From Bugula neritina (Eukaryota > Animalia > Bryozoa): 64,000 bases of DNA. Location of the stretch: NCBI GenBank assembly GCA_964035545.1, contig OZ037765.1:32487504-32551503 (forward strand), in the 5' to 3' direction. The position numbers were made by a program, and so were the translations under genes. The notes beneath the pieces are model-generated. The model had not been told where the DNA came from. It saw nothing but the letters and a program-made list of their open reading frames with translations, and searched no databases. Below, in pieces: positions 41,401-52,490 of the stretch. Position 1 is the first letter of the stretch. Every line of letters starts with the position of its first letter.

Positions 41401-44400
41401 AAAGTTCCAGTACAGGAAACTCCACTAATTGACACCCCATTCAAGAGATGTGCAATAGACCTAATCGGACCAATTAACCCTCCAAGTGAGAAAGGACACC
41501 GCTACATCCTAACTTTAGTTGACTATGCTACAAGATATCCTGAAGCTACACCATTAAAGAACATTGACTCAGCTACTGTAGCTGAAGCGCTGCTTGACAT
41601 ATACAGTCGTGTTGGGATACCAGAGGAGGTGATAAGCGATCAAGGAACTCAATTTATCTCGGACTACATGAAAGAGTTTACCAGATTACTTGACATGCGA
41701 CAACTTCCTACCTCACCATACCATGCAATGGCGAATGGACTTGTGGAAAAGTTCAACGGAACCCTCAAGAGTATGTTAAAAAAGTTGTGTGCTAAAGAGC
41801 CAAGACAGTGGCATCGGTTCATCAATGCGGCTCTATTTGCATATAGAGAAGTCCCACAGGAATCAACAGGCTTCGCCCCATTCGAGTTACTTTATGGAAG
41901 GACTGTGCGTGGACCAATGAACATCCTGCGACAACTTTGGACAAAAGAAGACACTGCCGATGAAGTCAAGACCTGCTATCAACATGTTTTTGAATTGAGA
42001 GAGCGTTTAGATGACATGATGGAAATGGCACTAGCTTCGCTAAAAGACAGTCAAAAAAGATACAAACACTATTTTGATAAGAAAGCTAAGCAGAGAGACT
42101 TCAAACCTGGTGACAAAGTGCTCATTCTTCTACCTACAAATGGAAATAAATTGCTGATGCATTGGCAAGGACCATTCAATATTGAGGAGAAAGTCAGACT
42201 GAATGACTACATTATCAACATTAGAGGCAAGAGGAGAACATACCATGCCAACATGTTGAAGAAATATTTTGAGCGGGAGACGCCTACCGACTCTATGACT
42301 GTTGGAGCTGTGATGACTCTAGATGCTGCTGGTGCTGGAATTATTGATCACGATAAGGAAAGAGAAGAAAGCCAAGATGATTTGTTGGACCTGTACAGTA
42401 AGAAACAGCAGAATGATGAGATGGGCTATGTATTTACAGAACTTCAGAATCAAGGTGGAGTCAATCAAAGGAAAGGACAATGTTGGAGCCGATTATCTAA
42501 GCCGAATTGACTCAGAATTTTAAGTAGTTAGGAGAAATGATCAAGATAATTTCTCTTAGAATGGGGGGTTGTCACAAATTCTGAGTGTACATATACCTAT
42601 AAATAGACTTACAGGGTTTTTCCTAATGATTATACAGGAATGTTCATAAATATTCTAGACTAATCAAAGAGATGGGTCATTGTTCATTGTTACTGTTTTG
42701 GTTAGTCATGTTAACTACTGCCCAGCAATGTAAACAAGGTATTGCGCAATAATTGCGAAATAACCATGGAAATTCCAATGTTTTGTTTTGTTTTGATTTT
42801 CTATAAATAGTATTGGCATGTGGGGAATGTTTCCTACTAGAATCTTCTATACTGGAATGCTTGAGAATGTTCTAGAGTCTTTTGTTTACTATAAATACTG
42901 AGGCAGTTGTGTTTACAAATCAGTTCATTCTTGGAGTTCATTTTTATACATTCATCTGTGCATATCTTACTAGAGAAATAAAGTACAATTATATTTACAA
43001 CTCTATTTACTCACAACTGGATTAGCAAGCTGTATGCTACTTGTCTATACACTTCTGACTACCAGACTTTTCGAACTCGTCACACTGCTACCAACAGTTT
43101 TGTGACAGTATAATATAATGTAGTATAATATAATGTGGTATAATATAATGTAATATAATATAATGTAGTATAATATAATGTAGTATAATATAATGTAGTA
43201 TAATATAATGTGGTATAATATAATGTAGTATAATATAATGTAGTATAATATAATGTGGTATAATATAATGTAGTATAATATAATGTAATATAATATAATG
43301 TAGTATAATATAATATAGTATAATATAATATAGTATAATATAATGTAGTATAATATAATGTAGTATAATATAATGAAGTATAATATAATGTAGTATAATA
43401 TAATGTAGTATAATATAATGTAGTATAATATAATGTAGTATAATGTAATGTAGTATAATATAATGTAGTATAATATAATGTGGTATAATATAATGTAATA
43501 TAATATAATGTAGTATAATATAATGTAGTATAATATAATGTAGTATAATATAATGTGGTATAATATAATGTGGTATAATATAATGTAATATAATATAATG
43601 TAGTATAATATAATGTAGTATAATATAATGTAGTATAATATAATGTGGTATAATATAATGTAGTATAATATAATGTAATATAATATAATGTAGTATAATA
43701 TAATGTAGTATAATATAATGTAATATAATATAATGTAGTATAATATAATGTAGTATAATATAATGTAGTATAATATAATGTGGTATAATATAATGTAGTA
43801 TAATATAATGTAATATAATATAATGTAGTATAATATAATGTAGTATAATATAATGTAGTATAATATAATGTAGTATAATATAATGTAATATAATATAATG
43901 TAGTATAATATAATGTAGTATAATATAATGTAGTATAATATAATGAAGTATAATATAATGTGGTATAATATAATGTGGTATAATATAATGAAGTATAATA
44001 TAATGTAATATAATATAATGTGGTATAATATAATGTAGTATAATATAATGTAGTATAATATAATGAAGTATAATATAATGTGGTATAATATAATGTGGTA
44101 TAATATAATGAAGTATAATATAATGTAGTATAATATAATGTAGTATAATATAATGTAGTAAAATATAATGTAGTATAATATAATGTAGTATAATATACTG
44201 TAGTATATTATAATGTATAATATAATGTAGTATAATATAATGAGGTATAATATAATGTAGTATAATATAATGTAGTATAATATAATGTAGTATAATATAA
44301 TGTAGTATAATATAATGTAGTATAATATAATATAGTATAATAAGGAGTGTAGACACACACCAGAGCTGCCCTGGGGGTCAAGGTAACGAGAGATGGCGCT

Positions 44401-47400
44401 AAGACAGGACCTAGGAGCCACGTCTGTGTAGTACGTCAACTTAGAAACCACACTCTCTACATTGTCTTCTGATACAGTGTCAATCAGCTTATAAATGGAC
44501 TCGCTAGTGATAGTCTGAAATAAACATCCCATATACTACTAGACATATACTACATACAACTTGGTGAGGGCTGAATACAATGTAAGCAGATTCTACGTAG
44601 ACACGAGGCCTTCTTCAAAACAGATATATCCCAAATAAGAATCTATACAAGAGACTAAAAAAAATTTTAATATTTATATTTATAAAAAAACATGCTAAAT
44701 ATTGGAAGTTGTTCTCTTAGAGGTTTTCTACACTTCTTATATTCACTGAAACTGCTCCATATGAAGGTGTCTTCATTAGAAAAGTGAGTTAAAGATATTA
44801 GAGTGCTTTCAATGCATTGTGTCAATAATAAGATCGTATTGTGTTAAGATGTATATATCTTTGCTTTTGTCTTCTAAGTTGCGGAGCATATTGTAGGATG
44901 GTGCTTAAAATTAGTATGTCTTAAATGGCATTTTTTCGTCGGAGCAAAAATGAAAGTTAAAAACAATATCAAATAACTGTACAATAATAGTACTAACCAA
45001 AGGGACAATTCGTTTATTGATTAGATTCTCAGCTGCCCTGTTACTCTCTTTAACTGTCTTTGCTACAACACAATGTCGTAACTTTAGAAGTACAACAAAG
45101 AGATATAGCTACAGTTTATTTCAGATATGTTAGTATAAAGCTGTGGGAAAAGATGTTTGATGATGAAACATCAAGTAGTCATAGCAACAGTTGTACACTG
45201 ATAATACCTAGAATATCACACCCTGTGGTCATAGTAACAGTGATAAACAAATAATATCTTAACATGGTAGAGGTATTATATTGTGTAAAATTTAAATGAA
45301 ATTCACAGGCAACACCTAATTTTGGTGATTAGAGAATTATAAACTAGCAGGGTGTGTAAAATAACTGTGCTGGGCTCATCCGACAGCCAACTAAAGATTA
45401 CAAAAAGCAGCAGACGAGATGCAGACGTTCTACTTAGTAGAGCTGAAGAACTGACTTACCTAAACTGAGAGAGAAGGGAGTTACGATCCCCTGGTTACCT
45501 TCAATGATGTCTAGAAGTTGTGGACTTTGCGATTCCTTTACAATAAAGATAAAAGACATGACACAGCAAATACGTAGATGCAACTGAAGAATTCGCATAT
45601 ATTTGGTAAACTCTCAAAACAAGGTAAACCTGTTAGTGTGTTTTATTTCTACTGGAAGTTACGAATTCCTGGTGCCACATCACAGCTTAAACTCAACTAG
45701 AATCAAACTTCTATAAAATCCAGCCTCCGTTATTAAACTTAATTTTTAGTCAGCACTTCAATAAAAGAAAATAACAGAGATTCTAAAAAGTTTAAATTAC
45801 AAATAAACTAGTACGGATACAGTAAGAGCTGCTGAATAACATACTTGGGATGTTGAATGGAGAAGACTTTGAAGCTTTAGACTGAGAGAAGAAGTAGAAG
45901 TTGGGGGCTCAGAGAGTACCTCTCCACCTTTTACAGATGACTGTTCAATAGAATCCAGCGACCGAACTAATACCTGAAGGAAAAGATACAGTATTACTCT
46001 AGCTTTAGGCCCAATGCTACATTTTAAAACTTGTGTATACAATGCGCTGACAAAAGCTAGAGAAATATGTCAGTATAAACTAGAAATGTACATAAAAAGC
46101 GAAATGTTGATTTCGGAGAGTTATGGTTTTTTCATAACACTCTGCAATCAAAAGTAGCTGAAAAATTAGGAAAAAACATGGGAACTCAAGCAAAATTAAG
46201 AAGAACCTTGATTATTTAGGTGTGCTCATTCATATTTTACTAGTTTTAGACAAAAGCCCTTGTTCATTGGCAGCTAAATTGTAAAACAGAGCTAAAAACT
46301 GGAGATTTCCAGCGTGTACTAAACTAAGTAAAATGACCCGGAAACAAACCCTACCTCCATCAGTGACGCTGGTTCACCGGACTGAAGGAGTAGTATGACG
46401 TCAGCTGACTTGTGTAGAGTAGTGTTGGTAGTGTCATAGTAGTAGCACCAGCTGAGTAGTCCACCAACATACCCCGTAGGTATTCTGTGCAGCTTACCAA
46501 CACGCAGGTTCAGGTACCTGCAGGTAGAAACAGAATGAGAACCTACTCAGTTTACAGTGTATATCACAGGTTTATTTAGACTTGTATTACTACTTACTAC
46601 TAAGTTGAATAGACCTTGTTAGTACACCTAGAATTAAGAAAAAGTAACAGAGCAGTTATAAAACAAATTCATTGTAATACAAACACCCCCCAGGAACAGA
46701 ATCAAGAGCGATAGATTGAGTAAGCTAAAACATTAAATGCAGATGAATACTTTCTCATACCCTAGGGTATAAGAAAATGAAAATGGAAGAGGAGAGAGTG
46801 AAAAGAGAGAGTAGAAAGAAGAGAAAACTGTGTGGCATTGTAGTATCATAGTTATTAAATTCCCTCACCTTATTTCAGTAAACTGGTCATCAGTAAACAC
46901 AAGTATATCTCCCAGTAGGATGATGTTAGACAGCTCTAAGAGCTCCACATCAACGTCGGCATGAATTAGACTAAAACCCTCAGCTCCACCATCCACGGCA
47001 TCCGATATCTCCCCTATCCAAACAGCACCATCTGAACACAGCAGTAATAGCCTATACCCATCAGTTACCACGTGCTTTACATCTATACCCTGTCTCTATA
47101 AAAAAATGCTTTGTTTAAAATTTATAAATAAACTTCGTATATTACAGTGCATAGTTGTGATAAAGATATAGTATAAGGGTGGGTTTAAAAGGCACCCTAC
47201 CACAATCAACAGTTAGCTAGTCTACACAGCTAGATAGTATATTACACTATATAATTACATTACTATACGGCACAACAAGAACAGTGTCATGTGAATGCTG
47301 CAGGAACTTTTCAACATATAAGGTTTTCCTTAGCCATCAGTTATTATATTCAACTACTTCATAATTCCGAGCAGTTATTGTAAATAACTTTTAGTACTTG

Positions 47401-47401
47401 T

Positions 47402-47469
<68 letters not shown>

Positions 47470-47474
47470 TATAT

Positions 47475-47514
<40 letters not shown>

Positions 47515-49373
47515 CAAAATAAATGTCATGGTTAATATTTGCTAATGCCACTACCAATAAACTAATTAACTGCTTACTCCTAAGTTATAACCAGTCTAAC
47601 TACTTAAATACAATAATCAATTGCAGAGGGGAAATAGAATACAAACCTGGGGAGCTTGTAAGGCATTCATGATTGGCAGGGTGAGAGAAGAGTATTGAAC
47701 AGGTGCCAGCAGGTGCTCTTTACTAGCTATGACACCTTGCAACATGTCAAATACGACAACCTTTACAGGTGTTAAACTCAGCACAATGCCAGACATTCTT
47801 TGGTGACTAAAACACAATGGTGTAAATATGAAAAGAAACTGAATACGTTTTCAATAACTTACTATATTATGATAAACATATGGAATAAGTCAATCTTTAG
47901 TAGAGTTAGAAAAAGTTATTAAGAAAAACAAAAACGGTTTGTGAACCATACAATTCATGGATTAAATCAAATAAAACACCCGAAGACTTAGTAGAATGAT
48001 ATTTTATATATAAACCAACAAACTTAGCCTACCAAGGGAGGATGAGAACGGAGTTGTCTGAACATTGGAGCTGTAAATCAGAGGGCAGACAACTACCAAT
48101 GACTAGTTTGGGAGGCATGAAGTGAACTCTTAATACAATGTTAGCTTCAGTTCCTAAAATAAGAATTACTTCTCAATACAATTAATGTAATTTCTTTGTC
48201 TACACATATATATATATGTATACATAACAATGTGGAGTTTCAAAGGATAATGTCAGAAACTAGAAAATATGTATTTAAGCAGCTTTTGATTAAAAGCATA
48301 CCATTGTCATACCAATAATATGCTAGGGCACCTTACCAATGTTGACATGATATGCTAAGGGCACCTTACCAATGTTGACATGGTATGGAACTGCCCACAC
48401 ATCTGCTAGCTGTGAAGAGTTGTGTCCACCTGCTCTAGTCTGCCAATACAGATGTCCATTAGAGCCACAACATCTGTAGCCTAAGATTTCTCTACCATCA
48501 TCAATTATAGTCTGAGTTTCTATGTATCTCCACTCAGCATTACAACTGATGTATTGATACGAAGAGACTTTGCCATCTTTGAAGATCTAAATATATATAC
48601 ACATAATTATTATACTATATTATAAGAGTTTGCACAAAAAAATAAATTTGGAATAAAATTATTGTGCATATTATGATCAATATTTTAGCCTAAACTGATT
48701 TTTCAAACCTCAACAGACAAGTGAAACTGGTATTTCAAGTGTATTAAGAGAAGAAACTAGTGCTGTACGCTACAAATAATACTTACTATAAAAAAGAGTC
48801 TGTACTGATGGTCAAATACACAATCAACTATCTCACTATCAAACTGTTCAGGAAAAGAAGAATTGGTAGACTGAATTCTTTTAACCTGCAAAATAAATAT
48901 ACTTATTAAAACAATCAGTAAATCATGTGCCCCAAATGCTGCATCATAATTTGACTGAAAATTCAGTTTAAAGGCCTGGCCACACACTCGTGAGAATCAC
49001 ACGGAATTGTCTATTTGACACGAAAAAACAAACGTACGACAAAATTTGAGGAAATTCAAACGAAATCGTCTTTGTTGGGTTAAGCTTTAAGATAGACATT
49101 GCTGTTTTGCTGAATTAAAAATGATTTACTACAACTGGTGCACCGTCATTAAGTGTTCTATTGCCCCAACATTACAGATACAACATTGCAACGAGTACCC
49201 AGCTTGAAATAAGCAAGTATACGATCAAGTGGAAATATTAGTCATTAATTAAACAATCAGCATACTCTGTTTTGTGATTTGCATATTCTGAAGTATTCAA
49301 GACGGTTCCGTTGCTTACTCAGTACAAACAGATGATGAGCAAAGCACCAGGTTAAAACTCTGCTGGACTCCAT
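34293..49373 (-). CDS. Multi-exon gene, probable divergent HPS6 (BLOC-2 subunit)-like protein; 3' end uncertain
   Basis: Exons near 49373-49266, 48885-48799, 48587-48368, 48153-48033, 47806-47647, 47095-46870, 46518-46355, 45974-45846, 45536-45460, 44515-44360, 37089-36905, 35610-35505, 34452-34293, possibly also ~34051-33700. The first nine are phase-consistent; joins between 45460 and 35610 were not resolved. The N-terminal pattern (D..F....F.IF..G........W R......G.L.W; C....L..S...V.I.P) resembles HPS6 as I recall it. The gene itself is well supported; its identity is tentative. Confidence 0.5.
34548..34966. mobile_element. Long-TIR palindromic MITE (TGGGTCATTT..AAATGACCCA), TA-flanked
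   Basis: About 170-bp inverted arms, TA on both sides; same family at 63348-63752 and 46146-46339. Confidence 0.85.
35374..35493. repeat. (GA)n / G-rich microsatellite
   Basis: Directly visible; lies just inside a donor site of the minus-strand gene. Confidence 0.9.
36682..36812. repeat. 39-bp tandem repeat, about 3.3 copies
   Basis: CTGTATGTGCACAGTGGAGAGTAATTCATAGG.. at 36682, 36721, 36760, 36799. Confidence 0.85.
37097..38702. repeat. 15-bp satellite (GTAGTATAATATAAT)n, left part
   Basis: About 1.6 kb tandem array; source of the spurious YYTTL ORF. Confidence 0.95.
39243..39259 (+). other. Primer-binding site, tRNA-Pro-like
   Basis: TGGGGGCTGCTCCGGGA, 2 nt after the 5' LTR; two mismatches to the canonical tRNA-Pro PBS TGGGGGCTCGTCCGGGA. 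Confidence 0.8.
39337..42510 (+). CDS. Gag-protease-integrase polyprotein (1057 aa)
   Basis: Coiled coil, capsid (YLERFE..W..W, EQF), two zinc knuckles (CFICKDKSHIARNC, CSHCKMNNHNTSDC), protease RDTG, integrase HHCC, core (IDLIGP, SDQG, NGLVEKFN) and WQGPF; no RT YxDD domain. Confidence 0.93.
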   Translation: MALLERVTQMGKDLGLVEDKLIAFVEKNLPIVAAQEEKEKDREERRLEREAEKIRQENEKALMEMKIKADQEATAFKVKADQEAMALKVKADQEAMALKVQADQEAEERRQRHELDMEKLKANTSLEHSRHESTRLEIANKPKPKIPFFDEKVDEMDSYLERFEWVAEGCNWDKGDWPYHLSQYLRGTATEAYIRLSPTDRRDYKKVKEALLERFNLTQEGYRKKLREAEAYEDETPAQLFTRIETYVHKWVELSGGMDIAKLVATEQFISSCPDDLAVHLKQSSYNSSEDMCDAASLFLHARGRKLAKTKKTNTKRMENTPAGSMNAEQGSKSDGACFICKDKSHIARNCPRRAKKYCSHCKMNNHNTSDCRKYGGRSVHAAAAIATTQNKTMVTDPGISSKVEEPTEITVNGKKFVNAAVCKNGPKFKDGGTAIFDAEVNGQRATVMRDTGCGCIVVNAKYVQPQHLTGESVYLKMADASVREAQWALILVRSPFYNGVVKAAVMDKTICDLLIGNVDGARSADQPLENWKDCAVTTRAQAVKEKSGDKPLMIDSNANPLSIGKDEIARLQRDDPTLERFFDAKEVKEKKGCTTRFVVRNKILYREYTDSKSVSVKPVKQLMVPSSLRKEVLQKAHDCIMSGHLGVKKTTDRVLSNFFWPGLNGDVVRFCQSCDICQKTVKKGSVMKVPVQETPLIDTPFKRCAIDLIGPINPPSEKGHRYILTLVDYATRYPEATPLKNIDSATVAEALLDIYSRVGIPEEVISDQGTQFISDYMKEFTRLLDMRQLPTSPYHAMANGLVEKFNGTLKSMLKKLCAKEPRQWHRFINAALFAYREVPQESTGFAPFELLYGRTVRGPMNILRQLWTKEDTADEVKTCYQHVFELRERLDDMMEMALASLKDSQKRYKHYFDKKAKQRDFKPGDKVLILLPTNGNKLLMHWQGPFNIEEKVRLNDYIINIRGKRRTYHANMLKKYFERETPTDSMTVGAVMTLDAAGAGIIDHDKEREESQDDLLDLYSKKQQNDEMGYVFTELQNQGGVNQRKGQCWSRLSKPN
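42400..42523 (+). pseudogene. Out-of-frame RNase H C-terminal remnant
   Basis: RNSRMMRWAMYLQNFRIKVESIKGKDNVGADYLSR* in the +1 frame; matches the Gypsy RNase H end motif R..RW...LQ.F...I....G..N..AD.LSR. Confidence 0.88.
43108..44343. repeat. 15-bp satellite (GTAGTATAATATAAT)n, right part
   Basis: Array resumes in register after the LTR; source of the spurious YYIIL/HYIIL ORFs. Confidence 0.95.
46146..46339. mobile_element. Truncated copy (right arm only) of the TGGGTCATTT MITE family
   Basis: AATCAAAAGTAGCTG..GAACCTTGATTATTTAGGTG..AAAATGACCC matches 34774-34965. Confidence 0.8.
47400..47511. repeat. (TA)n microsatellite
   Basis: Directly visible. Confidence 0.95.
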
Positions 49374-51419
49374 GACACATACTTCTAAAATCAAAGATTT
49401 GCTCTTTAGCACTATAAGTTCATGTTAAATAACAGTGTGATAATGACACAGAAACGTTGGCATTGACTCCGTTAATGGTAACAGTGATAGTGATGCTCAC
49501 AATCACTTAGTGATGGTTAGTGTTACTTCTACTAGTAATGCCAGTTACAATTACTGTTAGTGTCACTAGTAATACTTACAGTAATAGTAATACTATAGTA
49601 TAACTATAAATATTACATTTACTTACTACTGTACATTCAATACTAATATTAAATGCAATACCTATATCAAAACTAAAAGTAACTGTAACAGTAACACTAT
49701 TAGTCCTAGTAGTAGTAGTAGCATGTACTCAAAGGCGATCATTTTATTCTTTGCTTTAGTCTAAGTCTTACAGTTACTATTGGTATAAGTATAAATATAA
49801 GTGTTGGTAATAGTATGGTCACATTTTCATTGCTGATTGCTCATATTTTCATTGCTCCCACTACCGCTATCAGTATCACTATCACTTCCTTTAAGCTTAA
49901 AATAAAACTGAATTACTCAGTAAATGATAATCACAATTATAATGATGATAACTATTGACTTAGACCAAGACTAATCACTAATGATTAATCGCTAAATGAC
50001 TAATGACTAATGAGTAATCACTACCAGTAATGACTAATAGTAATACTAATAGTAATACTTATACTAACAGCAAATGTAATACTAAGTCTAATAGTAATAG
50101 TAATACTAATAGTAATAGTAATACTAAAACTAAAAGTAATAGTAATAACTAATAACTAGTGAGTAATGACGCAAACTCATAGAGAGATGAGTGATGACTG
50201 TCTAATGACTAAGTCTAAAGCCACGAAACATGGTAATGGTCTGATTGTTTTACCGAATAAAGTCACTGTACGAAACAAGATAGCTGTTTAGGAGAATGAT
50301 TTGAATGAAAATCATTGCAAAAAGTCTAATTTTAAACTGAAGTCATCGACGAGGATCTTGATGTAACCACGCCCACTGTAAGGTGCAGTTGGGATATTCT
50401 TAGACAGACAACTCCGGCAACTAACAAGTAAACTAAACGTTTACATTGAGCTTGTAATTGTTTTATTGTAGCTTTAACAAGCATATATTTTTATTTCAAT
50501 CACACCCTCTGATTCTATAAGCATTTTAAAGTTGAGCATTTTTTAGATTATGCATTTTGAGCATTAGGTTCTTCAATTCGAGTGCAGGTATGAGATGTGA
50601 TTATATTGTGGTAGATTTTAGTGGTGCAAGTATTATTGTATTAATCGAAAAGGTTCACTTCATATTGTTTATTATCTTGTGAGTTCGACACTGTCGGAGT
50701 GTAGCTATGGACAGCAGTGGCACCACTAGTAACCACCAATCAGGACAGTCACACTAATTGATAGCAGGTGGAGCTAGTGTAGTAATTTGTGCAATTACTG
50801 AGCGTGAGTTATTTACTTGCGTATAGTTAGCTGGTTATTCTGTTATCAATTACTGAGGTAGCTGTCGAGTAATTATATTTATTATCCACAATAAAGCATA
50901 AACCAAACATCACATCAAATTATCCTATACAAGAGTCAACTACTAACACATGTTACTACTACAAGCCTCCGCTTACAACAACGTGATATAATCTTAATAA
51001 CCCGGGAAGTGTCACGTGACTCGGAAGCATATCTTCCGGAGCTGCTAATTGGTTGCTACATAAGAGTCTAAGTATTCCAAGAATAGGGAGAGGGCGATTC
51101 CTGTATTTGTACTTGCACTACTCACTACACCGTCCCCCCCAGCAGAAAGCCCTACTTTCTGATAACACAATAAAAAAACATAATGAAAAACCATACAATA
51201 ATCCAAAAAGGAAAATATACATAAGTAAACCCACAAGGAGTAAGAAAAGAAATAGTTAAACACGACAACGTTTACATTAGAAGACAACAGGGTGATCGAT
51301 CACACACATCTAGTCAGCTATTAAGAGAGAGGGTGCTTACCAGCACGCGGGCCAATGTCGGAGCGCTCGTCACATTCCAAACGAGTATCGCTCAACGAAG
51401 GTGCCTACCCCAGGCATTC

Positions 51420-52133
51420 TCATTGGTTGGACTCTGCTTCTTGTAGCGACCGTGCTCTGTGTCGAGCCTGTCGGGCCCGTAGCCGCCTCTTCAGTCGTCC
51501 CACTGAGTCCTTCAACTGGTATAGACCTGTCGTCGTATCCAGCAAGTCAGGGACAAGTTGTGTGAACTCGGCTTGCAGTCTTAGAAGCCGCTCTTCTACG
51601 TTAGCCAGCTGGCTAGGCCTTGGTGGGGTTATAGGGGTCTCCGTTATACGGGATATGGTTGTTTCTTCTACTTCTGGGGTGTTGCTAGGGTTGACGGGGG
51701 TAGGAGGTGGGCCCTGAACCATAGGGGACTTATGGCGGGCAGATAGTAACAGTACGTGAAACCCTGACGTTAGTGCGGCCAGGGTAATAGCCTTCCTGAT
51801 GACTGGCTTGATGGCATCCAGGTATAGGGGGAAACTGTCTTCATCAACAGTGTGGTTCTCTCCGGCGAAGCAGCTTAGCTTATGTACTGTCACGGGATAC
51901 GGGTAGACGTCGTGGAACCCGCAGGGACAGAAGTGGAGTAGGAAATGGGCATCTACATGTAAACGCAAGAAGCGGTGCGACGGGCACTCCTCAAAGCAGA
52001 CCTGGCAGGTTCGGTGTGGTCCACTGGGTCCCCAGGCTTCTTCAATTCTCCTCTCTGTCGTGGGTGACACCCAACGGTGTCGTCGGCGGAGTACTACTGG
52101 TATGCCATTCTCCATTACAGGCTCTTCTTCCAT
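51420..52133 (-). CDS. ORF3 of element B: Cys/His zinc-finger-like plus coiled-coil protein of unknown function (237 aa from first ATG)
   Basis: CQVC-x12-HVDAH then CPCG..H...C, Pro/Thr linker, C-terminal heptads with basic end (RLKRRLRARQARHRAR); no signal peptide or obvious TM. Frame is open from 52226. Confidence 0.75.
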   Translation of the reverse strand: MEEEPVMENGIPVVLRRRHRWVSPTTERRIEEAWGPSGPHRTCQVCFEECPSHRFLRLHVDAHFLLHFCPCGFHDVYPYPVTVHKLSCFAGENHTVDEDSFPLYLDAIKPVIRKAITLAALTSGFHVLLLSARHKSPMVQGPPPTPVNPSNTPEVEETTISRITETPITPPRPSQLANVEERLLRLQAEFTQLVPDLLDTTTGLYQLKDSVGRLKRRLRARQARHRARSLQEAESNQ

Positions 52134-52490
52134 AGACAGAGAGGTTGGCTGGTCCCGTGACCGGGAGGTGGTCACTCGAGTATGATCTGAAAGAGTAGCA
52201 GTGTTAAAGGTTATACACTGAGACACCGTCGGCGTGTACAGCCTGACCGGTACTCTGTTCAGTTACACTCGTGAGATTCAGGCTAATGAATAGTTGATGG
52301 AGAACACACTCGCTATGACAGATTATTTAAAATCAAAGTCGACGTGTATTCCCACCACTGTTTATCATTATCGAATCTCCAGCTAGCTAGTGTAGCTGAC
52401 TGATGCAGTCTAGTTATCGTACCAAAAACATAATTAACTCACCCTTCGATCCAGAATAGTAAGACATTTTGGAATGAAAGTGGTATCTGA

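Larger units (their letters stand above)
38703..43107 (+). mobile_element. LTR retrotransposon A, Ty3/Gypsy Gmr1-type, non-autonomous (RT/RNase H deleted)
   Basis: 538-bp LTRs 38703-39240 and 42570-43107 (TGTCACAAA..TTTGTGACA, no difference seen by eye); GTATA on both flanks; tRNA-Pro-like PBS; PPT AGAATGGGGGG before the 3' LTR. Confidence 0.95.

Noticed and set aside
39337-42510. Copia-type or domesticated gene interpretation
   Set aside because: Integrase (GPF motif) and RNase H tail are Gypsy-type, and intact LTRs, PBS and TSD show a mobile insertion.
43045-44532. 495-aa and 422-aa YYIIL/HYIIL ORFs
   Set aside because: Satellite read-through; only ~44515-44360 is a plausible exon of the host gene.
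51420-52226. ORF3 as a retroviral envelope
   Set aside because: No signal peptide, fusion peptide or TM anchor.
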